Assembly: GCA_018882935.1 (NCBI GenBank) | Contig: VERA01000001.1 | Coordinates: 7,505-71,504, forward strand | Length of the DNA stretch: 64,000 nt | Direction: 5' to 3' | Source: Burkholderiaceae bacterium | GTDB taxonomy: Bacteria; Pseudomonadota; Gammaproteobacteria; Burkholderiales; Burkholderiaceae_D | Shown: piece by piece, positions 21,614 through 32,015 of the stretch | Layout of the letters: the number at the start of each line of letters is the position of its first letter | How positions within the stretch are numbered: the first letter of the stretch is position 1 | Notes under the pieces: model-generated | Told to the model about the DNA's origin: nothing | The model's database searches: none | The model's input: only the letters and a program-made list of their open reading frames with translations | Translations under genes and position numbers: made by a program

Positions 21614-21643
21614 AAACTTTTTACCAATCGAGCACGATTAGTC

Positions 21644-23149
21644 CTAAGCGCTTTGTCGGGCTGGCTGCATCATGTCACCTCGATCAACAGGTAGACGAAC
21701 CTCGAAACTGGTACCAACACCCGGGCGACTATCAAAATGAATATCGCCAAGATGCGCGTTCACAACCGTTTTTGAGAGCCACAAGCCGACGCCCATTCCT
21801 TCGGTTTTGCTGGTCTTGAATAATTCAAAAATCGATTGCTGCATGTCCTCGCTGATGCCGGGGCCGTTGTCGATAACCTTGAGTATGACTTCGCCTTCAT
21901 CACAGCTGCTGCTCACCTCAACTCGACCTGGCTTAACTGATGCCTCTGATGCGGCTTCGACAGCATTATTCATGACATTCAGTACAACCTGCTGTAGCTG
22001 GGTCTGATCGCCAACTACGGGGCAAGGGTCGCCGAATTGATATGCCAACTGCACCTGCTTGGATGCGGCATATGGCATGATCAAAGCTGCACAGTCGCGC
22101 ACCAGATCATTGATATCCAACCTGACCATGGCACCGCTTCTATCTTCGAATAGCTTGCGTAGCTTGACGATAATGTCAGCAGCACGACGATTATCTTGAT
22201 TCACCTGCAGTACGAGCTGCTTGATCTGATCGTCTGTCTCAGGCGTTGATTCTTTCTCGAGCAGCAGTCGTTCGACCAACTGTGTATTCAAGCGTATCGA
22301 GCACAGTGGCTGATTCAGCTCATGCGCCAAACTCGCCACCAGCGCACCCATAGATGCTGATTTATTCGACAAGGTCAGCTGGCGGATAATCTCTTCGCGC
22401 TCATGCAGAAGATGCTGTAATTCTTGCTGGTGCTGTCCTAGTAAGGCTTGACGTGTCTCGGCTGCTGATAGCTCACGTTCAGTCTGTAGACGGTCAGCCT
22501 CGCGGCGCTCGAGAAAGATGCGTAAAAAGCCAATATTTGTGAGCGGTATACAAATCATCTGGCCGAGTACCATCAATACTTGATCGGGCGTGTTGGCATA
22601 AATATCCATCGACTGCGGATCAACTGCAATACCGATCGCGCGTACCGCCTGCGTCGAACAAAATCCGATGCCTGCGGCCATCAACAGATCGGCGCCCAAG
22701 CTCTGCTTGTTACCTTTCAACCAATAACCGAGCAGAAAGTAGTCGATCAGGATGAATGCATAAAATCCGAAGTAATACACCCGTAGGTAATACTCGGATA
22801 CGCCAGCATGGTAGGCGCTGATGAAGGTACTTAAAAAAATGATGGTAGTGAGCGCATAAAACCATTTCGCTTGGGCAGACACCTTGCCAAAGAACATGCG
22901 TAATGCAATGCAGCGACCTGCGTTCCCAACCACCATCGGAATCTGTCCGATGTAGATGAATGCCCACTCGCTAACCACGCCCCGCATTGACAGCGGAATT
23001 ACCGCAATCCCGCTGAGTACTCCGGAAAGACACCAAAGTCTGACTTGTGAATCACGTTGCTCCGACAACGCAAACCAGATTACTGCGTGCATGACCAGAT
23101 AGACCATGCAGATCATGAGTATGACGGTTTGTGGATGAAAATACGGCAT
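21644..23149 (-). CDS. Sensor histidine kinase with a ~7-TM N-terminal domain
   Basis: H-box LAHELNQPL, N-box LNVMNNA, DNGPGI and GMGVGL; hydrophobic N-terminal ~215 aa; no PAS domain seen. Confidence 0.92.
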   Translation of the reverse strand: MPYFHPQTVILMICMVYLVMHAVIWFALSEQRDSQVRLWCLSGVLSGIAVIPLSMRGVVSEWAFIYIGQIPMVVGNAGRCIALRMFFGKVSAQAKWFYALTTIIFLSTFISAYHAGVSEYYLRVYYFGFYAFILIDYFLLGYWLKGNKQSLGADLLMAAGIGFCSTQAVRAIGIAVDPQSMDIYANTPDQVLMVLGQMICIPLTNIGFLRIFLERREADRLQTERELSAAETRQALLGQHQQELQHLLHEREEIIRQLTLSNKSASMGALVASLAHELNQPLCSIRLNTQLVERLLLEKESTPETDDQIKQLVLQVNQDNRRAADIIVKLRKLFEDRSGAMVRLDINDLVRDCAALIMPYAASKQVQLAYQFGDPCPVVGDQTQLQQVVLNVMNNAVEAASEASVKPGRVEVSSSCDEGEVILKVIDNGPGISEDMQQSIFELFKTSKTEGMGVGLWLSKTVVNAHLGDIHFDSRPGVGTSFEVRLPVDRGDMMQPARQSA

Positions 23150-23203
23150 GATGGATAGACCGTGATTGACGGCTATTGAGGCAGCCCTGCGTGAGTCACT
23201 AGC

Positions 23204-24265
23204 CTATTGCGTGCTCGTTTCCTGCGGCTTTTCTGAATCTGGCGGAATAATCGATTGTGTCGTAAAAAGTTGTATCGACACGGCACCAGTGGGCACTTTT
23301 ACCTTGAGACCCTGCAAATAAATTTGCAGCTTGGGGAGTTGTGCGGAATGAATTGTGTATGGGGGCTTGCCCGATAGGCTGGTCGTTGCGCCAGCTTTTA
23401 ATTTCAGCGGTTTGGCCGCACCCGTCGCGTCGACTACGCACAGTGTTGACTCGGTGTAGCTGCCTAAATACAAGCGTGTATAGGTCGCTCTGACTTGCGT
23501 GGGCGCCCAACGCGCCACATCCCCACCCGCGCTAACCGCACAAGGGTCTGGCCCCTCGTCGGGGTTTGTAGATGCAGCCGTAGCTGTAGCCGACGGTGCA
23601 TCTTCCGCTGCGCTTGATGGTGCTGATGTAGCAGGACTTGGTGGTACCGCAGCAGCCGTTACCGACGCGGGGGCAGCAGTTTCCGCTGTTGGCGATGCAG
23701 TTTCAGTAGCCACTGGCTCAACGGTAGTCTCAACGACTGGCTCGGCTACTGGTTTTGGTGTAGGGGTCAGACCGCGCAAGATGGAGAAGCTAAGCACGAG
23801 CGCGACGACGATCACCGCAAGCAGCGGAAGACGCCGGGATTCAAAGTTTGATCGGTTAGCCGGCTGAGACATTATCCCTTTACCAGTCTCGACCGGTAAT
23901 GTCGCTGGAGCTGTCGCCGTCGCCATTATCGGGCTCGCAACGGTATCAGTGAGGGTATTAGAGGCAGTCGACGGACGCGGTGCTTGCGGCACCAACTCGG
24001 ACAGGTCTATGCCAAATACATCGGCGTATTTGCGCGTTGCCAGTAACTTGTGACGAGCCCCGTAAAACGCACGCAGGCCGCCATTTTCGATTTGCTCGAT
24101 CTGCTCACGCGACAAGGTTGCCATTCGCGCTGCATCGGACACGGCCAGCCCGCGCTCAATACGCTCTTGCTTCAGGCGTGTGCCATCGATGACGACCTCA
24201 TCCGTGTCATTCAAGCTGACATCGACCGGACGCTGACGCCCACCGGATTCGAAGGGGCTACTCAC
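23204..24265 (-). CDS. RodZ-like protein (cytoplasmic HTH, single TM helix, Ala/Pro/Thr linker, periplasmic DUF4115-like domain)
   Basis: GTRLKQERIERGL...QIEQIENG...RKYADVFGID HTH; TM LPLLAVIVVALVLSFSIL; beta-rich C-terminus (LKAGATTSLSGKPPYTI). Confidence 0.75.
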   Translation of the reverse strand: MSSPFESGGRQRPVDVSLNDTDEVVIDGTRLKQERIERGLAVSDAARMATLSREQIEQIENGGLRAFYGARHKLLATRKYADVFGIDLSELVPQAPRPSTASNTLTDTVASPIMATATAPATLPVETGKGIMSQPANRSNFESRRLPLLAVIVVALVLSFSILRGLTPTPKPVAEPVVETTVEPVATETASPTAETAAPASVTAAAVPPSPATSAPSSAAEDAPSATATAASTNPDEGPDPCAVSAGGDVARWAPTQVRATYTRLYLGSYTESTLCVVDATGAAKPLKLKAGATTSLSGKPPYTIHSAQLPKLQIYLQGLKVKVPTGAVSIQLFTTQSIIPPDSEKPQETSTQ

Positions 24266-24618
24266 ACAAAAAATCGCTCGAGAGAGCTGACGCTAATCCC
24301 GTAGCCGCGCGCCAACCGAATCATGGTGCGAAAGCCTGGTTCACCGTAGGTGCCGCTTTCGATTTTCGAGATAGTGGGCAACGAGACACCGGAGGCGGGA
24401 TCACCGTTTAGCATGCTGGCAGTGACGACATCCGTCTTGGTCATGTGACGCGCCAGCCGTACCGCCAACAGATACTCGTGACATGCTCGGAATTGCGAGG
24501 GATCGATCCCCGCCAACCATTTGCGCGAAATCTCAGCGATGGCTTCAGAACGTCCGTTCAAATTTGGCGGAGCGATCTCAGGCGCTGACTCACTGAGCGC
24601 AATCGAATTCGGGGTCAT
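24262..24618 (-). CDS. XRE-family HTH protein
   Basis: VSLPTISKIESG...PGFRTMIRLARGYGIS; GGAG RBS before the ATG at 24618; GTGA overlap with the next gene. Confidence 0.8.
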   Translation of the reverse strand: MTPNSIALSESAPEIAPPNLNGRSEAIAEISRKWLAGIDPSQFRACHEYLLAVRLARHMTKTDVVTASMLNGDPASGVSLPTISKIESGTYGEPGFRTMIRLARGYGISVSSLERFFV

Positions 24619-24748
24619 GCGGGATACTCCATCATTATCTAATCTAGGTGAAGGGCGACGAGCATAGGTGTTAACGCCGCCGCGCGGTGAAAGATAGCTT
24701 CGCCAACGAAACTTCACCATAGCCCCTAAGGGTAACCCATGGCAGTGC

Positions 24749-25438
24749 TTAGGGGATAGCGTCCAGTATACGTATTAATTCGATAACATTTGCCGCGCCG
24801 AGCTTGCGCATCATATGCATGCGATGAAGCTTGACCGTACGCTCGGCAATTCCCAGCTGATTGGCTATCTGCTGATTCATGTAGCCTTGTGATACCAAGC
24901 GTGCAATTTGCGCCTCTCGCGCCGATAGCGACGCAAACCGCGCCTCACTATCGGTTGAGGACAAGGATTTACGAATATCCGCCAAATGTCGCTGCAAGCC
25001 CTTGTCAACAGCATCGAGTAACTGACCATCATCGAAAGGCTTGATCAAAAAATCAAGTGCCCCGGCTTTCATTGCCTGCACTGCCTCACCAGCGCTGCTG
25101 CCGCCGCTCATAAAAACAATAGGTACAGAATTAGCGCGCTGTTGTAGTTCACGTTGCAGATCAAGGCCGGATACGCAAGGCATCTTCACATCCAATAATA
25201 AACAGCGAGGACCGGGAAACATCGGATCAGCTCGCTGTTCAAATTCAATGAAATCGTCGGCCGAAGCGAACTCGGCAACCGCAAAACCCTGATGCAGCAA
25301 GATAGCTCGGATAGCGCTGCGCACCGACGGGTCATCATCGATAACCGAAATATGGCCACGCGCATGACGCATGGCCTCTTGCTCGTCTTGTACAGTGATA
25401 ATGGCGCGAGCAGAACGGCGCATAGTGGACCTGCCCAC
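24749..25438 (-). CDS. FixJ/NarL-type response regulator (receiver plus LuxR HTH)
   Basis: ISVIDDD, LLLDVKMP (phospho-Asp), DFLIKPF, LSAREAQIA...IANQLGIAERTVKLHR; true start probably 25423 or 25372. Confidence 0.92.
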   Translation of the reverse strand: MGRSTMRRSARAIITVQDEQEAMRHARGHISVIDDDPSVRSAIRAILLHQGFAVAEFASADDFIEFEQRADPMFPGPRCLLLDVKMPCVSGLDLQRELQQRANSVPIVFMSGGSSAGEAVQAMKAGALDFLIKPFDDGQLLDAVDKGLQRHLADIRKSLSSTDSEARFASLSAREAQIARLVSQGYMNQQIANQLGIAERTVKLHRMHMMRKLGAANVIELIRILDAIP

Positions 25439-25447
25439 TACACCTAA

Positions 25448-25744
25448 TTAATCCGCATGACCGGCTTCTGGTTTCAGAAGAAAACGAGGGATAGGAGGCG
25501 GCGCGACCAGCTCGGGATCTAACCGTCGTGAGGCCAGGGATATCGCATCAGGCTCGATCAGCAACCCAAGCTTGCGCGCGTATAGCTTGATCATCCGACT
25601 CATCTCGGACGCCGATGCAAACTGCTCAGCACCCGCTTCAATCGCCAGCACCTGACGCACGCTCATACCCGTGGTAGCAGCCACATCCTCGACAGATAGC
25701 GCCATCTGCTTGCGCTGCATTGCCAGCTTCTCACCAATCTCCAT
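25448..25744 (-). CDS. Small stand-alone RodZ-type HTH protein
   Basis: IGEKLAMQRKQMALSVEDVA...QVLAIEAG...IKLYARKLGL; no TM helix; GGAG RBS. Confidence 0.75.
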   Translation of the reverse strand: MEIGEKLAMQRKQMALSVEDVAATTGMSVRQVLAIEAGAEQFASASEMSRMIKLYARKLGLLIEPDAISLASRRLDPELVAPPPIPRFLLKPEAGHAD

Positions 25745-25952
25745 AGCCGCTCCGGTCGGAGGTTTTATTATTATTGCAACAATCAACAATCAATCCCCTC
25801 TACGAGATTGTATTCAGATTATTGCAGGCGAGAAAGCATTTGTAGACTACCCTCAGGGGCATCCTGAGCAAAATTACGACTGCTGCGCGAGTTTGCGTTT
25901 GTGGTTAACCGACCTTGCAATTTAAGTCATTACCCTCAGCAGCCAGGGTCTG

Positions 25953-25991
25953 TTGACACCCGTAGAGGCGGTATATATCATGAGACATATC
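25953..25991 (+). promoter_or_regulatory. Sigma70 promoter of vapBC with an overlapping operator-like inverted repeat
   Basis: TTGACA (25953-25958), 17 nt, TATCAT (25976-25981); overlapped by the imperfect repeat GTATATATCATGAGACATATC. Confidence 0.7.
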
Positions 25992-26011
25992 ATCCATTCC
26001 GGAGAGGCGCC

Positions 26012-26263
26012 ATGGCCCAAACTGCCAAGATATTCACCACCGGCCGTAGCCAAGCGGTTCGTCTGCCACTGGAGTTTCGATTTGACGTCGCCGAAGTCTA
26101 TATTCGCCACGACCCCGTAACGGGAGATGTCGTGCTATCCCGCAAGCCAACCGATTGGCAAGGTTTAATCGACGTTGTGAAACTCAACGCCGAGGAAGAT
26201 TTGCTCATTGAGCGCCGCCAAACCAACACGCGTCGCGACCCCTTTGAGAACGACCAAAAATGA
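26012..26263 (+). CDS. vapB: VapB antitoxin (AbrB/MazE/SpoVT type)
   Basis: [24 protein letters not shown]; ATGA overlap with the PIN toxin gene. Confidence 0.92.
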   Translation: MAQTAKIFTTGRSQAVRLPLEFRFDVAEVYIRHDPVTGDVVLSRKPTDWQGLIDVVKLNAEEDLLIERRQTNTRRDPFENDQK

Positions 26264-26664
26264 GCCAGCACTACCTGCTCGATACCAACATTATCAGCCA
26301 CATCATGCAGGGCCGCGATAATGATTTATTGAATCGGCTAACCAACGTCGCTGTTGGTCAGGTGGCCATGTCCAGCGTGACCTTGGCCGAACTGGAATAC
26401 GGATTACACCGTAGAGGTCAACCAACTCGTCTAAGAAATGCGCTCACCCAAGTTCTATTGCGAATGGATGTGCTACCTTGGGATGAACAAGCGGCCGTCT
26501 GTTATGGTGAGCTATGCAACAACCTTGAATCAAAAGGCATTAATTTAAGTGATTTTGACATGATGATTGCGGCTCATGCAGCGTCAGTTAAATCAACGCT
26601 AGTCAGTCGTGACAAAGCTTTTTCTCAAATACCTACCGACCGCTTGAATCTAGAAATTTGGTAG
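26260..26664 (+). CDS. vapC: VapC PIN-domain ribonuclease toxin
   Basis: [28 protein letters not shown] and LVSRD acidic PIN residues. Confidence 0.93.
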   Translation: MSQHYLLDTNIISHIMQGRDNDLLNRLTNVAVGQVAMSSVTLAELEYGLHRRGQPTRLRNALTQVLLRMDVLPWDEQAAVCYGELCNNLESKGINLSDFDMMIAAHAASVKSTLVSRDKAFSQIPTDRLNLEIW

Positions 26665-26684
26665 CGTAGGCAAAACCAAAGGAT

Positions 26685-26761
26685 TGGCCTGCCCAGCACG
26701 ATTCGAACGTGCGACCTACGGCTTAGAAGGCCGTTGCTCTATCCAGCTGAGCTATGGGCAG
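26685..26761 (-). tRNA. tRNA-Arg (anticodon TCT)
   Basis: Reverse complement CTGCCCATAGCTCAGCTGGATAGAGCAACGGCCTTCTAAGCCGTAGGTCGCACGTTCGAATCGTGCTGGGCAGGCCA; 77 nt with encoded CCA. Confidence 0.97.
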
Positions 26762-26778
26762 AAGCGAGAGTGGAAGAT

Positions 26779-26811
26779 AAAAAAGCGGGTTGTCGATGAC
26801 AACCCGCTTTT
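26779..26811 (-). terminator. Intrinsic terminator-like hairpin between tRNA-Pro and tRNA-Arg
   Basis: AAAAGCGGGTTGTC-GAT-GACAACCCGCTTTT perfect stem, U-tract on the minus strand. Confidence 0.75.
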
Positions 26812-26817
26812 ATTTAC

Positions 26818-26894
26818 TGGTCGGAGTACAAGGATTCGAACCTTGGACCCCCTGCTCCCAAAGCAGGTGCGCTACCGGGCTGCGCCACACTCCG
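26818..26894 (-). tRNA. tRNA-Pro (anticodon TGG)
   Basis: Reverse complement CGGAGTGTGGCGCAGCCCGGTAGCGCACCTGCTTTGGGAGCAGGGGGTCCAAGGTTCGAATCCTTGTACTCCGACCA. Confidence 0.97.
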
Positions 26895-26951
26895 AGTACC
26901 GCAATTATAGCCGATACCCCCATGTTACGGGATAGGTTATTGCCAGTTCGA

Positions 26952-28289
26952 TCATGCGGCAACCGCATCGACCAGGCGCTCGGCCAGCGAACGCGCCAAG
27001 GCCGCGTCGCGCGCCTCGACCATCACCCGCAGCAGCGGCTCGGTGCCGGAGGGCCGGATCAGTACCCGCCCATCGGAGCCCAGCGCAGATTCTGCTGCCT
27101 GCTTTGCGGCGATCATCGCTGGGCTGGATTGCCAGTCAAAACCGCGTTGTATACGAACATTCAGCAAGGTCTGCGGCCAAAGACGCATATCTGCAATACC
27201 GTCGGCCAAGCTGCAGTCTGTGCGCCGCAGCGCAGACAAAACCTGCAGCGCCGAAATGATACCGTCACCCGTGGTGTGTTTATCCAAGAACAGCAGATGG
27301 CCGGAGCCTTCACCACCGACTTGCCAGCCACGATCAAGCAAGGTCTCGAGGACATAACGGTCGCCGACCTTGGCACGGGCGAAACCAATACCCATCGCGC
27401 TAAACGCCGACTCGACCGCCATGTTGGTCATTAAGGTGCCGACCGCGCCATCAATACCGCCGTTTTGATGACGATCGCGCACCATCAAATACAAGAGCTC
27501 ATCGCCGTTGTAGATACGGCCACTGGCATCGACCATCAGCAGCCGGTCAGCATCACCATCCAATGCAATGCCAACATCGGCACCATGCTCAGCAACCGCG
27601 CGAGCGAGTGCCTCTGGCTGGGTTGCACCAAAACCGTCGTTGATATTCAGCCCATTGGGTTGGTTACCAATGGCGACGACTTCCGCACCCAGCTCATGAA
27701 ACACATCAGGCGCGATGTGATACGCGGCGCCGTGGGCGCAATCGACGACCAACTTGACCCCGCGCAGATCAAGCTCGTTCGGAAAAGTACTTTTACAGAA
27801 TTCGATATAACGACCGCGCGCATCATCTAAGCGACGCGCCTTGCCAAGTTTTTCTGAGCTGACACACGTCAAGGGCGCTTCCAACGCATCCTCGATTGCA
27901 TGCTCAACTGCATCGGGTAGCTTGTTACCGGATGCCGAGAAAAATTTAATGCCGTTATCGTGATACGGGTTGTGGGATGCGGAGATCACGACACCGGCAG
28001 ACAAACGCAGCGCGCGGGTGAGATAGGCAATCGCCGGCGTTGGCATCGGGCCGGCCAACATGACGTCCACACCCGCCGCTGAAAATCCGGCTTCTAATGC
28101 CGCCTCGAGCATGTAACCGGACAGACGAGTGTCTTTGCCGATCAGTACCGTCGGCCGTGAACTGCCCGCTGCCTCGTGCGCCAATACTTTGCCAGCGGCA
28201 TAGCCGAGCCGCATCATGAAATCCGGCGTGATCGGCGGCTGCCCCACATGACCGCGGATACCATCCGTACCGAAATAGTGTCTGCTCAT
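26952..28289 (-). CDS. glmM: Phosphoglucosamine mutase
   Basis: [31 protein letters not shown]. Confidence 0.98.
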   Translation of the reverse strand: MSRHYFGTDGIRGHVGQPPITPDFMMRLGYAAGKVLAHEAAGSSRPTVLIGKDTRLSGYMLEAALEAGFSAAGVDVMLAGPMPTPAIAYLTRALRLSAGVVISASHNPYHDNGIKFFSASGNKLPDAVEHAIEDALEAPLTCVSSEKLGKARRLDDARGRYIEFCKSTFPNELDLRGVKLVVDCAHGAAYHIAPDVFHELGAEVVAIGNQPNGLNINDGFGATQPEALARAVAEHGADVGIALDGDADRLLMVDASGRIYNGDELLYLMVRDRHQNGGIDGAVGTLMTNMAVESAFSAMGIGFARAKVGDRYVLETLLDRGWQVGGEGSGHLLFLDKHTTGDGIISALQVLSALRRTDCSLADGIADMRLWPQTLLNVRIQRGFDWQSSPAMIAAKQAAESALGSDGRVLIRPSGTEPLLRVMVEARDAALARSLAERLVDAVAA

Positions 28290-28298
28290 CGTTTTGTA

Positions 28299-29171
28299 CT
28301 AAGCGTTGTCAATCAATGCGCCGAGGCGCGCGGCCTGCCACACCTTGAGCGCGTCAACCGTTTCCGGCACATCGTGCACACGAATAATACGCGCACCGCG
28401 CTCGGCTGCGATTACAGCCGCCGCAATACTTCCAGCGAGCCGCTGCTGTACCGGTTTACCCGTAATCAAACCGATTGTGCTCTTACGCGACAAGCCAGCC
28501 AACAATGGCAATGCAACTGTTTGCTGCAAGGTCGACTGCTGCTGCAGCAAGGTCAGGTTGTGCTCAAGCGTTTTACCAAACCCGTAGCCAGGGTCGATAC
28601 AAAGTCTGGCTCTGACGATACCCATCGCCAACGCAGCCTGCACACGTTCCAGCAAAAAATCGCGCACCTCGGCCAGTACATCGTTGTAATGTGGCGCCAG
28701 CTGCATACTCTGCGGGTCACCCAGCATATGCATGATACAAAGCGCGCATTGACTATCGCTGACTGCCGCCAAGCTATCAGGATCACGAAAGCCACTGATG
28801 TCATTAATCATATCGGCACCCTCAGCCAATACGGCACGCATCACCGCAGCATGACGAGTGTCGACCGACAAGGGTTTACCGCAATCGCGCAGCGCCTGCA
28901 GCACCGGGACAACGCGTTCTAGTTCTTGTTCGATAGGTAATGGCGGTGCGCCCGGACGGGTTGATTCACCGCCGATATCGATAATATCTGCGCCGTCGGC
29001 AATCATCTGCCGCGCATGCGTGATCGCACGATCATGCGCATCGAACAGGCCGCCATCCGAGAAAGAGTCCGGCGTGACATTCAGCACACCCATGACTAAC
29101 GGACGGTCATGCTGACCAAGGCTCAGGCGAAAACGCCCGCACTGCAGTTCAGAAGAGAGTGTGTGGCTCAT
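28299..29171 (-). CDS. folP: Dihydropteroate synthase
   Basis: MGVLNVTPDSFSDGG, DIGGESTRPG, DPGYGFGK, GLSRKS, IRVHDV; start reassigned to 29171. Confidence 0.97.
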   Translation of the reverse strand: MSHTLSSELQCGRFRLSLGQHDRPLVMGVLNVTPDSFSDGGLFDAHDRAITHARQMIADGADIIDIGGESTRPGAPPLPIEQELERVVPVLQALRDCGKPLSVDTRHAAVMRAVLAEGADMINDISGFRDPDSLAAVSDSQCALCIMHMLGDPQSMQLAPHYNDVLAEVRDFLLERVQAALAMGIVRARLCIDPGYGFGKTLEHNLTLLQQQSTLQQTVALPLLAGLSRKSTIGLITGKPVQQRLAGSIAAAVIAAERGARIIRVHDVPETVDALKVWQAARLGALIDNA

Positions 29172-29243
29172 GCGTGGTGTCAGCCCACAAACAAACGGGG
29201 TGAGGATTACTCCCCACCCCGCCGGTTGCAATGTGTTGATGAG

Positions 29244-31124
29244 TTAAGCGGGCGCGGCTGCTGGCTCGACACCGCCATCCGATGGTCCGTCACTCGGACG
29301 CGAACTCGGCGGGAGTTTCGGTGGACGAGGCTCGCGCCCGGCCATGATGTCGCTCACCTGATCCGCGTCAATGGTTTCCCACTCAAGCAGCGCTTTGGCC
29401 ATGGCTTCGACCTTGTCGCGGTTACTCTCAAGCAGATGACGAGAAAGCTCATACTGCTGATCAAGAATTTTACGAATCTCTGCGTCGACTTTTTGCTGGG
29501 TCGCTTCGGAGACAGTCTTGGAAGACATTCGGCCAAAGTAAGAATCTTGATCAGAATCTTCGTACACCATGGTGCCGAGCTCTTCCGACATACCAAAGCG
29601 TGTCACCATCGCGCGCGCCATCTTGGTAGCACGATCAAAGTCATTGGACGCACCTGTCGACATCTGGTTCATGAAAATCTCTTCGGCGATACGGCCACCG
29701 AACAAGATAGCAATGTCTTCCAGCATCTTGTCTTTGTACATATTGACGCGGTCATGCTCGGGCAGCTGCCAAGTCAGCCCCAGCGCCATACCGCGCGGCA
29801 TGATGGTGACTTTGTGCACCGGATCCGCCTTGGGTAAGAGCTTGGCGACCACTGCGTGACCAGACTCATGGAACGCGGTGTTCCGACGCTCTTCTTCGCG
29901 CATCACGGCGGACTTGCGCTCAGGGCCCATGACGATCTTATCCTTGGCGTCTTCGAAATCCTGCATCTCAACCAAGCGCTTGTTGCGACGGGCAGCAAAC
30001 AATGCGGCCTCGTTCACCAAGTTTGCCAAGTCGGCACCCGAGAAACCCGGGGATCCACGTGCCAGTACATCTGCGCGCACATCCGGTGCAATAGGTACTT
30101 TGCGCATGTGCACGTTGAGGATTTGCTCGCGGCCGCGAATATCGGGCAGACCGACATGAACCTGACGATCGAAACGGCCCGGACGCAGCAGCGCCTTGTC
30201 GAGCACATCGGAGCGGTTGGTAGCAGCGATCACAATCACGCCGGCGTTGGCCTCGAAGCCATCCATCTCAACCAATAACTGGTTCAGCGTCTGCTCGCGT
30301 TCATCATTGCCGCCGCCCATACCGGCGCCGCGATGACGACCAACCGCATCGATCTCATCGATGAAGATAATGCAGGGCGAGTGCTTCTTCGCATTCTCGA
30401 ACATGTCGCGCACGCGAGATGCACCAACACCAACGAACATCTCGACAAAGTCGGAACCGGAAATCGTAAAGAACGGCACCTTGGCTTCGCCGGCAATCGC
30501 ACGTGCCAGCAATGTTTTACCGGTACCCGGCGGGCCCACCATCAGCACACCACGCGGAATACGGCCGCCCAACTTTTGAAACTTGGTCGGGTCGCGCAAA
30601 AAGTCTACCAGCTCACCGACTTCTTCTTTGGCTTCATCGCAACCCGCTACGTCAGCGAAAGTCACTGCGTTTTGGCTCTCATCCAGCATGCGTGCTTTTG
30701 ACTTGCCGAACGAGAAAGCGCCACCTTTGCCACCACCCTGCATCTGGCGCATGAAGAAAATCCAGACACCAATCAACAGCAACATCGGGAACCACGAGAT
30801 GAACACCTGCGAAAGGAATGACGGCGGCTCGGGTTGCTTGACGTCGAACTTGACGCCGTTATTGACCAGATCACCAATCAAACCACGATCGAGATTAGTT
30901 GTAGTCGCTTTGATTTTCTTGCCATCATTGGTGATGGCAATAATGGTGCGATCTTCGATGGTGGCTTCACGAATGCGCTGCGCCTTCACCTCATCGAGAA
31001 AATCGGAGTAGGCAATCGGCGTAGCGCCACCGGAAATACCGCGCTCATCGAACTGCTTGAAGACAGTAAACAGCACCAGGGCAATCACGACCCAGATGGC
31101 GGCTTTGGAAAACATATTGTTCAC
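29244..31124 (-). CDS. ftsH: ATP-dependent zinc metalloprotease FtsH
   Basis: [14 protein letters not shown], second region of homology [13 protein letters not shown]. Confidence 0.99.
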   Translation of the reverse strand: MNNMFSKAAIWVVIALVLFTVFKQFDERGISGGATPIAYSDFLDEVKAQRIREATIEDRTIIAITNDGKKIKATTTNLDRGLIGDLVNNGVKFDVKQPEPPSFLSQVFISWFPMLLLIGVWIFFMRQMQGGGKGGAFSFGKSKARMLDESQNAVTFADVAGCDEAKEEVGELVDFLRDPTKFQKLGGRIPRGVLMVGPPGTGKTLLARAIAGEAKVPFFTISGSDFVEMFVGVGASRVRDMFENAKKHSPCIIFIDEIDAVGRHRGAGMGGGNDEREQTLNQLLVEMDGFEANAGVIVIAATNRSDVLDKALLRPGRFDRQVHVGLPDIRGREQILNVHMRKVPIAPDVRADVLARGSPGFSGADLANLVNEAALFAARRNKRLVEMQDFEDAKDKIVMGPERKSAVMREEERRNTAFHESGHAVVAKLLPKADPVHKVTIMPRGMALGLTWQLPEHDRVNMYKDKMLEDIAILFGGRIAEEIFMNQMSTGASNDFDRATKMARAMVTRFGMSEELGTMVYEDSDQDSYFGRMSSKTVSEATQQKVDAEIRKILDQQYELSRHLLESNRDKVEAMAKALLEWETIDADQVSDIMAGREPRPPKLPPSSRPSDGPSDGGVEPAAAPA

Positions 31125-31234
31125 GCGGGGGGCTCCTGGAAAGCGGCCGACTTGCTCGGCTTGACTCGAACGGTGATTCTACTCTCAAGATTGAGGCCTT
31201 GCCACAGGCCAAATGGGGCTAAGCCCCTGATTTT

Positions 31235-31912
31235 TCAAGGCGCTTCGGCCTCGCCCTGCAACCCGCTTCGGGGTTCATGCCGTAATCCGCGGCCCAGCAG
31301 GAATATCTCGGATGACTTGTCCCGGCTGGCCTTGGGCTTCTTGGGGCTGACAACGCGAAAGACTTGCCGAAACCGATCAAGAATTTGATTGTAGCCAGTG
31401 CCATTGAAGCATTTGACGAGCAGGCAGCCTGAAGGTTTCAGGTGCTGCCCAGCGAATTCAATAGCCAGTTCGACAATATCCTCGACCCGTGCCGCATCGG
31501 CGGCTGCAATGCCCGACAGGTTTGGGGCCATGTCCGACAGCACTAGATCGACTTTTTGGCCGCCAAGCAACTCTGCCAGCTGATCGGCCACCGCCTGCTC
31601 ACGGAAGTCGCCCAGAAGGAAATCGACATCCGCAATCGGCTCCATCGGCAGCAGATCAAGGCCAATGATTTTGCCGTGAATGCCACCACCCGCCTTACCC
31701 GCTAATTTACGGCGAGCATATTGGGCCCAGCTACCCGGTGTACAACCCAAGTCGACAATCATCTGGCCGGGCCTGATCAGCTTCTCGGCTTCATCAATCT
31801 CTTTCAGCTTGTAAGCAGCGCGAGCGCGATAACCCTCTTTCTGCGCGAGCTTTACATACGGATCATTGATGTGATCGTGCAGCCACTGCTTATTGATACT
31901 TTTCCTGACCAT
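31235..31912 (-). CDS. rlmE: 23S rRNA U2552 2'-O-methyltransferase (RlmE/FtsJ)
   Basis: [47 protein letters not shown]. Confidence 0.97.
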   Translation of the reverse strand: MVRKSINKQWLHDHINDPYVKLAQKEGYRARAAYKLKEIDEAEKLIRPGQMIVDLGCTPGSWAQYARRKLAGKAGGGIHGKIIGLDLLPMEPIADVDFLLGDFREQAVADQLAELLGGQKVDLVLSDMAPNLSGIAAADAARVEDIVELAIEFAGQHLKPSGCLLVKCFNGTGYNQILDRFRQVFRVVSPKKPKASRDKSSEIFLLGRGLRHEPRSGLQGEAEAP

Positions 31913-32015
31913 TAACTCACACTCACGATCTACACTTGGCTACTGCGGAATTTTGTCGAAACGCTGTGTCAACTCCAGACCAGCATAGAATAGATCTATT
32001 TAAGGGTATCTCACT

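Noticed and set aside
16220-26684. attL/attR duplicate of the tRNA-Arg 3' end, or an integrase bounding the accessory block
   Set aside because: None found by eye; the only short match (GGCCTGCCC near 13789) is inside wrbA and coincidental
26790-28922. Long antisense ORFs (214 aa, 248 aa) and many similar shadow ORFs across the window
   Set aside because: They lie opposite well-supported genes or tRNAs and are expected from GC-rich codon bias; no motifs
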